Source: Pirellulales bacterium (GTDB lineage: Bacteria > Planctomycetota > Planctomycetia > Pirellulales > JAICIG01). Taken from it: 40,652 bases of DNA. The notes under the pieces were generated by a model. The model was given only the letters and a program-made list of their open reading frames with translations. It did not search any database and was not told the DNA's origin. The stretch covers positions 1 to 40,652 of the forward strand of contig JBBDNX010000061.1 in NCBI GenBank assembly GCA_040877345.1. Reading direction: 5' to 3'. This document shows positions 18,141 through 26,408 of the stretch, piece after piece. The translations under genes and the position numbers were made by a program. Numbering within the stretch: position 1 is the first letter of the stretch; each line of letters starts with the position of its first letter.

Positions 18141-18374
18141 ATGGCGCATGCGAAGCATTCCAAGGCGCGCGAATTGTCCATCCACACTCTGTTGCGGTCG
18201 ATCCAGGCAGGTAACCGGCTGGCGCTGGGCACGCTGAGCACCGACCGGCAGCGCGCGGCGATCACGGCTGCCAAGCGGGCGCGGATCCAAGCCAGCGGCC
18301 TTGTCACGCGGATCCGTTCTCACATGTCGGCCCGCGGCAGGCGTTCGCAGTTCCGCCGCGATGCCAGAAGCTAG
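18141..18374 (+). CDS. Small basic hypothetical protein (77 aa), tentative
   Basis: The ATG is preceded by gaaagagg. Third codon positions are strongly G/C-biased. The C-terminus is Arg-rich (SHMSARGRRSQFRRDARS). No family recognised. Confidence 0.35.
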   Translation: MAHAKHSKARELSIHTLLRSIQAGNRLALGTLSTDRQRAAITAAKRARIQASGLVTRIRSHMSARGRRSQFRRDARS

Positions 18375-18410
18375 CCCAGCGGGCGGAAGCCCGGCGCAGC
18401 GGCACACGAA

Positions 18411-19445
18411 TTAGAACAACTCTTCGATCAAGCCGCCGCTGGGAAGGATCGAAATGGGGCGGCCGGCCCGATCCAGGTACTGCTTTTCTGTATCGATGTC
18501 CAGGTGATCGTAGAGCGTGGCCAGCACGTCCTGCGGCGTCGTGGCACGCTCCTTGGGAAACGCGCCGCGGGCATCCGACTGGCCGACGACGCGGCCTGGC
18601 TGCACCGGCCCGCCAGCCACGGCCGCGCTGAACACGTTGGGATAATGGTCGCGACCGGCGTCCGCGTTCACCCGCGGCGTCCGACCGAACTCGCCCCAAG
18701 CAATCACGAACGTCGACGCCAGCAAGCCCCGCTGGTCCAGATCGTCGATCAGGGCCGAATACGCCTGGTCGAACCGCGGCAGGAAACCGCGCCGCAACGA
18801 ATCGAATCCCTGGACGTGAGTGTCCCACCAGCGCAGGTCAACCGTCACCAACGGCACACCGGCCTCAACCAGCCGCCGCGCCAGCAGGATCCGCTGACTC
18901 CAGGCCGGCGCGCCGCAACGGTTCGAGGCCTTGGGATCGAAAGCGGGCATGAATCCGTATCGCCGGCGGACTTCCGCCGGCTCCGCATCGAGATCAAAGG
19001 CCCGCCGTGCCGCCGGCGAAGTGATCATGTTCCAGGCCTGTTGCTGGAAGGTGTCCATGGCTTGCATCTGGCCGCTGGCATCGGCGCCGCGGCGCATGCG
19101 GTCGAAGCCGTCCAGCAGCGTCTTGCGGTCGTCGAGCCGCTGCGGCGACAAGCCCACTGCCGGATCGAAGTGCGGCAACCGGAACGGGCCCGCCGCGGCC
19201 GGGTCGGCTCCCGTCTCGAACGGCTGGTTCGCCACGCCTAAATAGGCCGGTCCGGTGCCGGGCACTTGCCGTGGAATCGTCACGTACGAGGGGAGATCGG
19301 GACGCAGGCCGCCCAGTTGCTCCGAGACGATCGACCCGCAACTGGGCATGACGTTCTCGTCCGGATTGGGCCCGGCGGGATAGCCGGTGAAGCAAATCTG
19401 ATCGGCCCCGTGTCGTCGAGCCTGCGCGCCGACCTCGGCTAGCAA
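18411..19445 (-). pseudogene. DUF1501 (sulfatase-fold) protein, 5'-truncated
   Basis: WGEFGRTPRVNADAGRDHYPNVF, LLARRLVEAGVPLVTV and the C-terminal ...LPSGGLIEELF are DUF1501-like. The frame opens with TTG directly after an in-frame TGA (19449-19451). The Tat-signal/N-terminal metal-site region, roughly 100 aa, is absent. Confidence 0.65.
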
Positions 19446-19555
19446 TCCTCATGCCGGCCCGATCGGGCCCAGGCTCTCATCCGGACCGTTGGGTTTTTCG
19501 TACCAGGTTCGCCGGCGCTACCGTTGCGCCTTCAACTTTTTACGTGAGAGCAAGC

Positions 19556-19969
19556 ATGAAACGTCAGAAACCATCGCGAAAGCGGCTGCTTTCGCTGTGC
19601 GCCGAGGTCCATCCCGACGACGGAGCCGATCCGAAAGATTTCTTTGGCAAGCAAAATCCCCACGGCAAATCCGATCGAAAGGTCCGCCAACTTTGCAGCC
19701 AGACGGGCGAAGCGCTGAGCTACGTGCTGTCCGGCGAGTGCAACGACGACCTGCTCCGCAATCTCGAGATCATGCGAGTCGAGCCCGCGCCCGACTCGTC
19801 TCGACTGCTGGTGGTCGTGCGGGTCAATCCGCCCGATGCGGAGGCACGGCGGCTGCGGGACGAGTCGCCGGCGGCCTACAAGGACATCCATGGGGTGATG
19901 CGCGCGCAGCGCGAGCTGACGCGGATCGTGAGGACATTGCGCCCCTTGCTCAGCTACAAGGGCGCTTGA
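19556..19969 (+). CDS. Small conserved protein, possibly RbfA-like (tentative)
   Basis: RKVRQLCSQTGEALSYVLSGECNDDLLRNLEIMRVEPAPDSSRLLVVVRV resembles the RbfA alpha-beta pattern, but the N-terminus is atypical. Confidence 0.45.
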   Translation: MKRQKPSRKRLLSLCAEVHPDDGADPKDFFGKQNPHGKSDRKVRQLCSQTGEALSYVLSGECNDDLLRNLEIMRVEPAPDSSRLLVVVRVNPPDAEARRLRDESPAAYKDIHGVMRAQRELTRIVRTLRPLLSYKGA

Positions 19970-20146
19970 GGCCGATGCTTTGTTTATCCAGGCTGGCTAA
20001 ACGAACCAGTCGTGATAGACCTGCACGTAGTCCGCGTAGTGCAGGACGGCTTCAAGCAGGCCGCCCGCGGTCAAGGAGGCTGCCAGCAACAACAGGTGCT
20101 TCGTGCTCATCCGATCTTTCGGTGATTCGATTCGGCGGCCGGCCCG

Positions 20147-20587
20147 CTACGATGAGGTGGGTTCTTGGTGCAGGGCCGCCGTGGCCTCGATGCCCCGCAC
20201 GTCGGCGTCGTTGTGCAGGCAATGCTCGACGATCAAGATCAGGGCCCGGGTGCTGAAGGGCTTGGAGACCAGGGCCCGCACGCCCAACTCCTCGCGCAGC
20301 CACTGCAGCTCGTGCCCCAGGTGCTTGGCCGTCACCATCACAATCGGCATCCTGGCCAGCAAAGGCTGCTGCCTGAGACGCTGGCAGACTTCCGAGCCGG
20401 ACATGCCGGGCATCCATTCGTCGGTCACAAACACGTCGAACCGCTCGGTCTGCAGCATCCTCCAAGCCTCGATCCCATTACACGCGGTGCGGACCTCAAA
20501 GCCGGCCGATTCGAGGCCGAATTGGATCGTCGTCGCCGTGATGAAATCGTCTTCGGCCACCAGGATCCGTTTCACGGGACTGGTCAT
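20147..20587 (-). CDS. Stand-alone CheY-like response-regulator receiver
   Basis: ILVAEDD...DVFVTDEWMPGMSG...VMVTAK...SKPFS shows the acidic pocket, phospho-Asp, Thr and Lys signatures. There is no output domain. I prefer the ATG at 20587. Confidence 0.85.
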   Translation of the reverse strand: MTSPVKRILVAEDDFITATTIQFGLESAGFEVRTACNGIEAWRMLQTERFDVFVTDEWMPGMSGSEVCQRLRQQPLLARMPIVMVTAKHLGHELQWLREELGVRALVSKPFSTRALILIVEHCLHNDADVRGIEATAALHQEPTSS

Positions 20588-20925
20588 GACGGGAAACCTT
20601 GGATGGATCATTCGGGCACCAACACCGCGGCGGCCTCGATCGAAGTGCAGGTAGGACGGGCGGCTAGCGGGTCCAGCGGCCTGCCCCTGCGCCGGGATTC
20701 AAGCGTGGCCAGAGTTTCTATACCTTGCAAAAGGCAGTTCGGCAAACCGGGTTGTCCGGAATAGATCGACAGGCGTTGATCCGCCGCCTTCGATCAGGTC
20801 TAATACCAGCAACGACTTGGATCGATGCCTCCCCTGAGATCGAGGACCGCTTCGGCCGGCCGCCGCGGTTGAGATTTTCCCGCGATTTTGGCATGGAGGA
20901 GCCGGCCCGGTACGATTGCTGATAG

Positions 20926-22395
20926 ATGGCAAACACCGCCTGGTCGCTGCTCCGCGAGTTACAGAGCCAGTTCCGCCTGGCCGATCTCTTCGACATCCTG
21001 CTGGTCGCGCTGTTTCTGTACCTCGTCATTACCTGGTTCAGGACCTCGGCATCTCGCCGCATGGCCGTGGGCGTGCTGGTGCTGGGCGTCGTCTACGTGC
21101 TCGCCCGCGTGTTCGACATGTACCTGACCACGCAGTTGCTGCGGACCGGCTTGACCGTGGGCCTGGTCGCGATGGTGGTCATCTTCCAGGAAGACCTGCG
21201 GCGGGCATTCGAGTGGATCGCCAGTTGGGGTCGATTCCCCCAGCCGCCGGCCGCTGACGCAGCGTCCCGCTTCAGCGAGGTGCTGGCCGATGGCTTGACG
21301 CTGTTGGCATCGCTCAAGCGCGGCGGCCTGGTGGTCGTCGAGGGTCACGGCGCCGTGGACCGCCACATCTCGGCGGGCACGCCCCTGGACGGCCAGATCA
21401 GCGTGCCGCTCTTGTGTTCCATCTTCGACCCGCATTCACCCGGCCACGACGGGGCCATCGTCGTCGAAGACAATAGGATCCGGCAGTTCGCAGTGCACCT
21501 CCCCCTTTCGACCAGTTCGCACGAGCTGAAAGGGCTGGGCACGCGGCACGCCGCGGCCCTGGGCCTCTCGGAACGCTGCGACGCGCTGGTGCTGGTGGTT
21601 TCCGAGGAGCGGGGCGAGATCAGCGCCGCCGAAGGGGGCAGATTGTCGCAGCTCAATTCGCCGGCCGAGCTGCGGCAGCGGCTCGCCGGCTTCCACGAAA
21701 GCCGCTTCCCGCGGCGCGGCGGTCCATCCTGGAAACGCCGCCTCTGGCGCGATGGAGGGACCAAGGCCTTGGCCGTCACCTTGGCCGCTTTGGCCTGGCT
21801 TTCGCTGGCCTTCCGCACAGAAACCGTGCAGCGGACATTCCTCGTGCCCATCGAATACCGCAACCTGCAAGCCGACTGGCAACTGGGCGAAACCCGGCCC
21901 CGCGACATCCGCGCAACGCTGTCCGGCTCCGAGCGGGCGTTCAACCTGATGGAACCGGGTGAGCTGCGGGCCTCCGTCGACCTGGCGGGCGTGCGGCAGG
22001 GAGAGCAGCAGATCGCATTGACCGCCGCTAATCTGAACAACCCGTCCGACCTGGAGGTGCTTCAGCTCGAACCCCGTTCGTTGTCCCTGGAGGCTTTTCC
22101 CGTCACGCGCATCCGGCTGGCGGTCGAGCCGCGGACCCGCGGCCAACTGCCGGTCCACCTCGAGCTGGATGGCATCTCCGTCGTTCCGAGCCAGGTCCGC
22201 GTCACGGTCTCCCGAGAGGACCGGGGCAAACTCCAGCAGATTCAGACCATGCCCGTCGACCTGGCCGAAATCACCCGCACTACTACCGTCAGCACGCTCT
22301 TGGACCTGCCGGAGGGCGTCGGCTACGTGTCGGCCGACGTCAGCGAAGTCGACGTCACCGTCCGCGTTCGCGAGAAACGATCCGCTCAACGATAA
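20926..22395 (+). CDS. cdaA: Diadenylate cyclase CdaA fused to a YbbR-repeat (CdaR-like) C-terminal domain
   Basis: Three N-terminal TM helices precede the DAC domain (SPGHDGAIVV, GTRHAAALGLSE, VSEERGEIS). A fourth TM helix (ALAVTLAALAWLSLAF) is followed by about 190 aa of YbbR-like beta repeats. Confidence 0.85.
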   Translation: MANTAWSLLRELQSQFRLADLFDILLVALFLYLVITWFRTSASRRMAVGVLVLGVVYVLARVFDMYLTTQLLRTGLTVGLVAMVVIFQEDLRRAFEWIASWGRFPQPPAADAASRFSEVLADGLTLLASLKRGGLVVVEGHGAVDRHISAGTPLDGQISVPLLCSIFDPHSPGHDGAIVVEDNRIRQFAVHLPLSTSSHELKGLGTRHAAALGLSERCDALVLVVSEERGEISAAEGGRLSQLNSPAELRQRLAGFHESRFPRRGGPSWKRRLWRDGGTKALAVTLAALAWLSLAFRTETVQRTFLVPIEYRNLQADWQLGETRPRDIRATLSGSERAFNLMEPGELRASVDLAGVRQGEQQIALTAANLNNPSDLEVLQLEPRSLSLEAFPVTRIRLAVEPRTRGQLPVHLELDGISVVPSQVRVTVSREDRGKLQQIQTMPVDLAEITRTTTVSTLLDLPEGVGYVSADVSEVDVTVRVREKRSAQR

Positions 22396-22459
22396 AGACC
22401 GCTGCCATCGACTCCTCTGATCGGCGGGCACTCGGCCGGCCCCTGCCTGGACATCGACT

Positions 22460-23401
22460 ATGAACAACTGGGCGGCCAAAACCTGGCAAATACTCAAGGA
22501 AACCTTCCAGGAATGGCGGCAGGACAAGGTGCCTCGCCTGGGGGCCGCCCTGGCCTACTATTCCATCTTCTCGTTGGCGCCCCTGTTGATCATCGCCGTC
22601 ACGGCCGCGAGCTGGTTTTATCGCGAGGACGCCATCCGCGGGCAACTGGCCATTCAGCTCGAGGGGCTGCTGGGCCGGCAGGGAGCGACGACGGTCGAGC
22701 AAATGATCAACAACGTCAATACCACCGGCCAGGGACGGCTGGCCACCTGGCTGGGGATCGCGGCCTTGCTGTTCGGGGCCACCGGCGCCGTCGTCGCGTT
22801 GAAGGACGCCATGAACACGATCTGGGGCGTGATGCCGAGCCCCGATCGCGGCTGGTGGGGAACCATTCGCGATCGGCTGCTGTCGCTGGCCATCGTGCTG
22901 GCGGTCGGTTTTTTGCTTTTGACCTCGCTGGTGCTCACGGCCGTGCTCAATGCTTTGAGCGCCCTGGCGGTCGATTGGATCCCCGCCTGGCTGCCGCAGG
23001 CCCGGCTGAGCAACCTGTTTGTCTCCTTCGTGGTCATCACGCTCTTGTTTGCGATGATCTTCAAATGGCTGCCCGACGTGATCATCGGCTGGCGCGACGT
23101 GTGGGTGGGGGCCGTGATCACGGCGCTGCTGTTCATGGCCGGCAAGGAGCTGATCGGCATGTACCTGGGCAGGGTCGGCGCCGGGTCGGCCTACGGTGCG
23201 GCCGGGTCGCTGGTGATCGTGCTGTTGTGGACTTATTACTCGGCGCAGATTCTTTTCCTGGGCGCGGAGTTCACCCAGGTGTACGCCCGCAACAACGGCT
23301 CGCGGATCGCGCTTAGGCCGGGAGCCATGCGGATCACCCAGGCAAGCCTGCAAAGCAAAACGGCCTCGCGCAAGCATGAGCGGCAGGCGAAGGAAGGATG
23401 A
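22460..23401 (+). CDS. YihY/BrkB family membrane protein
   Basis: LGAALAYYSIFSLAPLLII...YGAAGSLVIVLLWTYYSAQILFLGAEFT is the YihY signature. Confidence 0.85.
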   Translation: MNNWAAKTWQILKETFQEWRQDKVPRLGAALAYYSIFSLAPLLIIAVTAASWFYREDAIRGQLAIQLEGLLGRQGATTVEQMINNVNTTGQGRLATWLGIAALLFGATGAVVALKDAMNTIWGVMPSPDRGWWGTIRDRLLSLAIVLAVGFLLLTSLVLTAVLNALSALAVDWIPAWLPQARLSNLFVSFVVITLLFAMIFKWLPDVIIGWRDVWVGAVITALLFMAGKELIGMYLGRVGAGSAYGAAGSLVIVLLWTYYSAQILFLGAEFTQVYARNNGSRIALRPGAMRITQASLQSKTASRKHERQAKEG

Positions 23402-23420
23402 AGGATGAATAGGACAGAAA

Positions 23421-23472
23421 TCTTCCGTGTCCCCTCTTCCCCCGCTCCCCCCCTTCCCCCCTTCCTCTTCCT
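23421..23472. repeat. 52-nt polypyrimidine tract (3 G only), preceded by a purine-rich run at 23390-23420
   Basis: tcttccgtgtcccctcttcccccgctcccccccttccccccttcctcttcct. It fills the convergent gap between yihY and the PilZ gene and overlaps the PilZ stop codon. Confidence 0.8.
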
Positions 23473-23851
23473 AGGCGGGGGGCTGCATCGGCTGATCGTC
23501 GAGGATCTCGTTCAGAAACATCTCGCCTAATGTTTCCATCGAGACCTCGGTGACAAACTCGCAGCCCATGAGCCAACGGCCCGCGTGCGAGGGAGCCTGC
23601 CAGCGCAGCTCGCCGGCCAACGTGAGCGCCATTCCCGATTTCGAATGGGTCAGAAGCAGCATGAACTGCTCGCCGTCTTCCAGCGGGCTGCCGACAGCCA
23701 GCCGCGCTCCGTGACGCGAAAAATTGACCAGCTCCGCCGGCACGATGGGGGGCAACCGGCCGCTGCGTTCAATGCACAGTTGGGCCTGGTGGCCCGCACG
23801 CGCCTCGTAGCGGGGCCTGCGAGCCCAACATTTAGCGTAGTCAAAGCCCAT
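23471..23851 (-). CDS. Single-domain PilZ protein (c-di-GMP receptor type)
   Basis: RRPRYEAR contains RxxxR, and NFSRHG matches (D/N)xSxxG at the expected spacing. Confidence 0.75.
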   Translation of the reverse strand: MGFDYAKCWARRPRYEARAGHQAQLCIERSGRLPPIVPAELVNFSRHGARLAVGSPLEDGEQFMLLLTHSKSGMALTLAGELRWQAPSHAGRWLMGCEFVTEVSMETLGEMFLNEILDDQPMQPPA

Positions 23852-24031
23852 GGATCACTGCCAAAAGTTGCGGGTCGTGCATGAACCGGCGGCCGGAACC
23901 GCTTAAGCGTAGCTCACTTCCGAAACCTTGCCCCGCCCGGCACACCCCGGGCGGCTGCCGGTTGTAACGGCTGATCGGCCCTTGGCACCCTGCCTACAAT
24001 TCAGCGGTAGACCAATCACCGGGAGAAACAC

Positions 24032-25069
24032 ATGCGCCCCCTCGACTCGCCCTATCGAAAACCATTGCACTGGATCCAGGACCCCGGCACCACGGGTCCG
24101 CTGAATCCCGGCGACTCACCCGGCAATACCCAGCCGGGCGGCCCTGCCGATGCCGAGCTACTCGACGCCTATTCGCAGGCCGTGATTCGCGTCGTCGAGG
24201 AGGTCGGCCCGTCGGTCGTGCTGGTGAGCGGTCCCGGCGCATCGCGCCAAGGGGGTATCGGCTCCGGCGTCTTGGTCTCCGCCGATGGATATGCCCTTAC
24301 CAACAGCCACGTCGTCGCGGCCCGCCAGCGGCTTTCAGTGACGACCCATGAAGGCGATCGCCTCGACGCCCGGCTGGTCGGCGACGACCCGGCCACCGAC
24401 CTGGCCGTGTTGCGCGTCTCGGCAGCCGACTTGCCGCTGGCTCGCCTGGGCGACTCGGCCGGCATTCGCGTGGGCCAACTGGTGATCGCCATGGGCAATC
24501 CCTATGGCTTCCAATCCACGGTTTCGACCGGCGTGGTCAGCGCCGTGGGCCGCTCGCTGCGCAGCCAGCAGGGCCGGCTGATCGAGAACGTCATCCAACA
24601 CACGGCTCCCCTGAATCCGGGCAACTCCGGTGGTCCGCTGGTCGATTCGCACGGCCGCGTGTTGGGAATCAACACGGCCATTATCGCCATGGCCCAAGGT
24701 CTGGGCTTCGCCGTCGGAGCCGACACGGCCCGTTGGGTATTGGCCGAGGTGCTCGCTTACGGGCGTGTCCGGCGGGTTTCGCTGGGCGTTTCGGTAACGG
24801 TGCAGGTGGTCGGCCGCCAACTCGCCCGCCGCATGGATCTGCTCAACGACATGGCGATCGAGATCGTCTCGGTCGACCGCGGCGGCCCGGCCCACGCCGC
24901 CGGCCTCCGCGAGGGCGACCTGGTGGTTGCCGTCAACGGTCGCATCGTGACCGCGGTCGACGACGTGCACCGGCTACTGGCCCGCTCGGCCCAGGACCAG
25001 ACCATCACGCTGACCGTGCTCAGGGGCGACCGCAAGCTCGATCTCGACGTAAGTGTTGCGAAGGCCTGA
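24032..25069 (+). CDS. HtrA/DegP-family S1C serine protease with one PDZ domain
   Basis: Catalytic triad context TNSHVV, DLAVLRV and GNSGGPLV. C-terminal PDZ: GGPAHAAGLREGDLVVAVNG. There is no hydrophobic N-terminal segment. Confidence 0.85.
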   Translation: MRPLDSPYRKPLHWIQDPGTTGPLNPGDSPGNTQPGGPADAELLDAYSQAVIRVVEEVGPSVVLVSGPGASRQGGIGSGVLVSADGYALTNSHVVAARQRLSVTTHEGDRLDARLVGDDPATDLAVLRVSAADLPLARLGDSAGIRVGQLVIAMGNPYGFQSTVSTGVVSAVGRSLRSQQGRLIENVIQHTAPLNPGNSGGPLVDSHGRVLGINTAIIAMAQGLGFAVGADTARWVLAEVLAYGRVRRVSLGVSVTVQVVGRQLARRMDLLNDMAIEIVSVDRGGPAHAAGLREGDLVVAVNGRIVTAVDDVHRLLARSAQDQTITLTVLRGDRKLDLDVSVAKA

Positions 25070-25072
25070 GAG

Positions 25073-25093
25073 CGGTCTTCCGCCGGGAAGCCG
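25073..25093. terminator. Short hairpin in the 31-nt convergent gap (possible bidirectional terminator)
   Basis: In cggtcttccgccgggaagccg, cttcc pairs with ggaag around the loop gccg, extended by three G:C pairs across a 1-nt bulge. Confidence 0.3.
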
Positions 25094-25100
25094 CGGCGCT

Positions 25101-26408
25101 TTAACGCTTTTTGAACTGCCGTGGCGCCTGCCGGATGGTCGGCCGGGCCTGCGGATCGGCCCCCTCGGGCGGCAGCTCGACGACCCGCTCGACCCCGTGC
25201 GAGAGCTCGGCCGATTCCGATACCTTGCCGTCTTCGTTCCACCAGAGCCAGCGGCCGATCGGGTTGCCGTCGGCATACTCGCCCTGCGTCGACTTCTGCC
25301 CGTTGGAGTGCCACCAGGACCACTCGCCGTACTGCTTGCCATTGTCGTACGAGCCTTCGATGGCCTTCTGCCCGTTGGGATACCACCAGGTGAAGCGGCC
25401 CACCTGGACGTCGTTGCGATACTCGCCTTCGAGCTGCTTCTGGCCCGTCGAGTACCACGAGACCCAGGGACCGTGCTTTTCTCCCGTGTCTTGCTTCGCA
25501 TACACGGCAAGCTTGGCAGTCCACCAGTCGTCCGGCGTCTCCACCGTCGACCGGCCGTACAGGTACGTGCCGGCGAGCTTCTTGTTCTGCGTGCCCTTGT
25601 AATACTCGACCTTGGCCGCCAGTTTGCGGCCCTTCTGGTAAACGTCTTTCGTCAGCAGGCGGCTGTCCGGCCCCCATTCCAGCAGTTCGCCGTCGATCTC
25701 GCCGTCGCGGTAGACCATGTCGCGCAGCATGCGTCCGTCGGCATACCACCACTGCGAGCGCCCGTGACGGTTGCCATGGGCGAACTCCCACTCGCTGATC
25801 TTGCGCTGCTTGCTGTCGTAAATCGTCCACTTTCCGTGCAGCTTGCCGTTCTCGAAGCTGGCCTGGGAAACAAACGGTGCATTGAAGTACTGGTATGGCG
25901 TCTTGGAAAGGATTTCCGCCTCATTGCTGCGGTGATACCAACGGTTCCAGACGCCGGTTCGCTCGCCATTGCGATACTGCCCTTCGGCGACCAGGTTGCC
26001 GCGCTCGTCGAACATCTTCCACAGGCCGTGGTTCACGTAGTTGCCCTGGGCATCCTGGGCGACTTCGCGTTCGAGCTTGATGGCCCGGTTCGGGTACCGC
26101 TCCTGAATCAACTCGGGCTCTCCGGCGGCCAGCGGCACGGCTCGAGCGGTGCCGCCGTCGGTCACCAGCGCGTCGGAACCGAGCAGCTCCTCGTCGGCTG
26201 GTTCGCCGAAAAACTCGTCCAGACCGTCCAGACCAAGGTCGGCCGGCGCAGCCTCGTCCTCGGTGGCTTCAGGGACTTTGGTCGCGTCCGCGAAGATCAA
26301 CCGGGATGGCGCTCCGGCACCGTCGATCGGTTCCTCCCCGCCGAAAGCCGTGCCGCCCATGGGCAGCATCAGGCAGGCGGCCAACAGCAATCCGGGTCGA
26401 TGTGCCAT
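25101..26408 (-). CDS. Secreted MORN-variant repeat protein (YwqK-like repeats)
   Basis: Signal-like N-terminus MAHRPGLLLAACLMLPMGGTAFG. Repeats of the form G-W-WY-NGQK-EG-Y-G. The ATG at 26408 follows aaggag. Confidence 0.75.
   Translation of the reverse strand: MAHRPGLLLAACLMLPMGGTAFGGEEPIDGAGAPSRLIFADATKVPEATEDEAAPADLGLDGLDEFFGEPADEELLGSDALVTDGGTARAVPLAAGEPELIQERYPNRAIKLEREVAQDAQGNYVNHGLWKMFDERGNLVAEGQYRNGERTGVWNRWYHRSNEAEILSKTPYQYFNAPFVSQASFENGKLHGKWTIYDSKQRKISEWEFAHGNRHGRSQWWYADGRMLRDMVYRDGEIDGELLEWGPDSRLLTKDVYQKGRKLAAKVEYYKGTQNKKLAGTYLYGRSTVETPDDWWTAKLAVYAKQDTGEKHGPWVSWYSTGQKQLEGEYRNDVQVGRFTWWYPNGQKAIEGSYDNGKQYGEWSWWHSNGQKSTQGEYADGNPIGRWLWWNEDGKVSESAELSHGVERVVELPPEGADPQARPTIRQAPRQFKKR

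Noticed and set aside
20725-20922. 65-aa ORF in the receiver/cdaA divergent spacer.
   Set aside because: There is no SD, codon bias is poor, and it ends 4 nt before the cdaA ATG. It is more likely promoter or leader DNA.
23983-23997. Sigma54-like TGGCAC-N5 element upstream of the HtrA gene.
   Set aside because: The -12 element reads CTAC instead of TTGC, so the invariant GC is missing. No enhancer-binding protein gene is nearby.
25101-26408. A toxin-antitoxin reading of the MORN-variant protein (such proteins are often labelled YwqK family antitoxin).
   Set aside because: It has a signal-peptide-like N-terminus and no adjacent toxin gene. The label reflects repeat similarity only.
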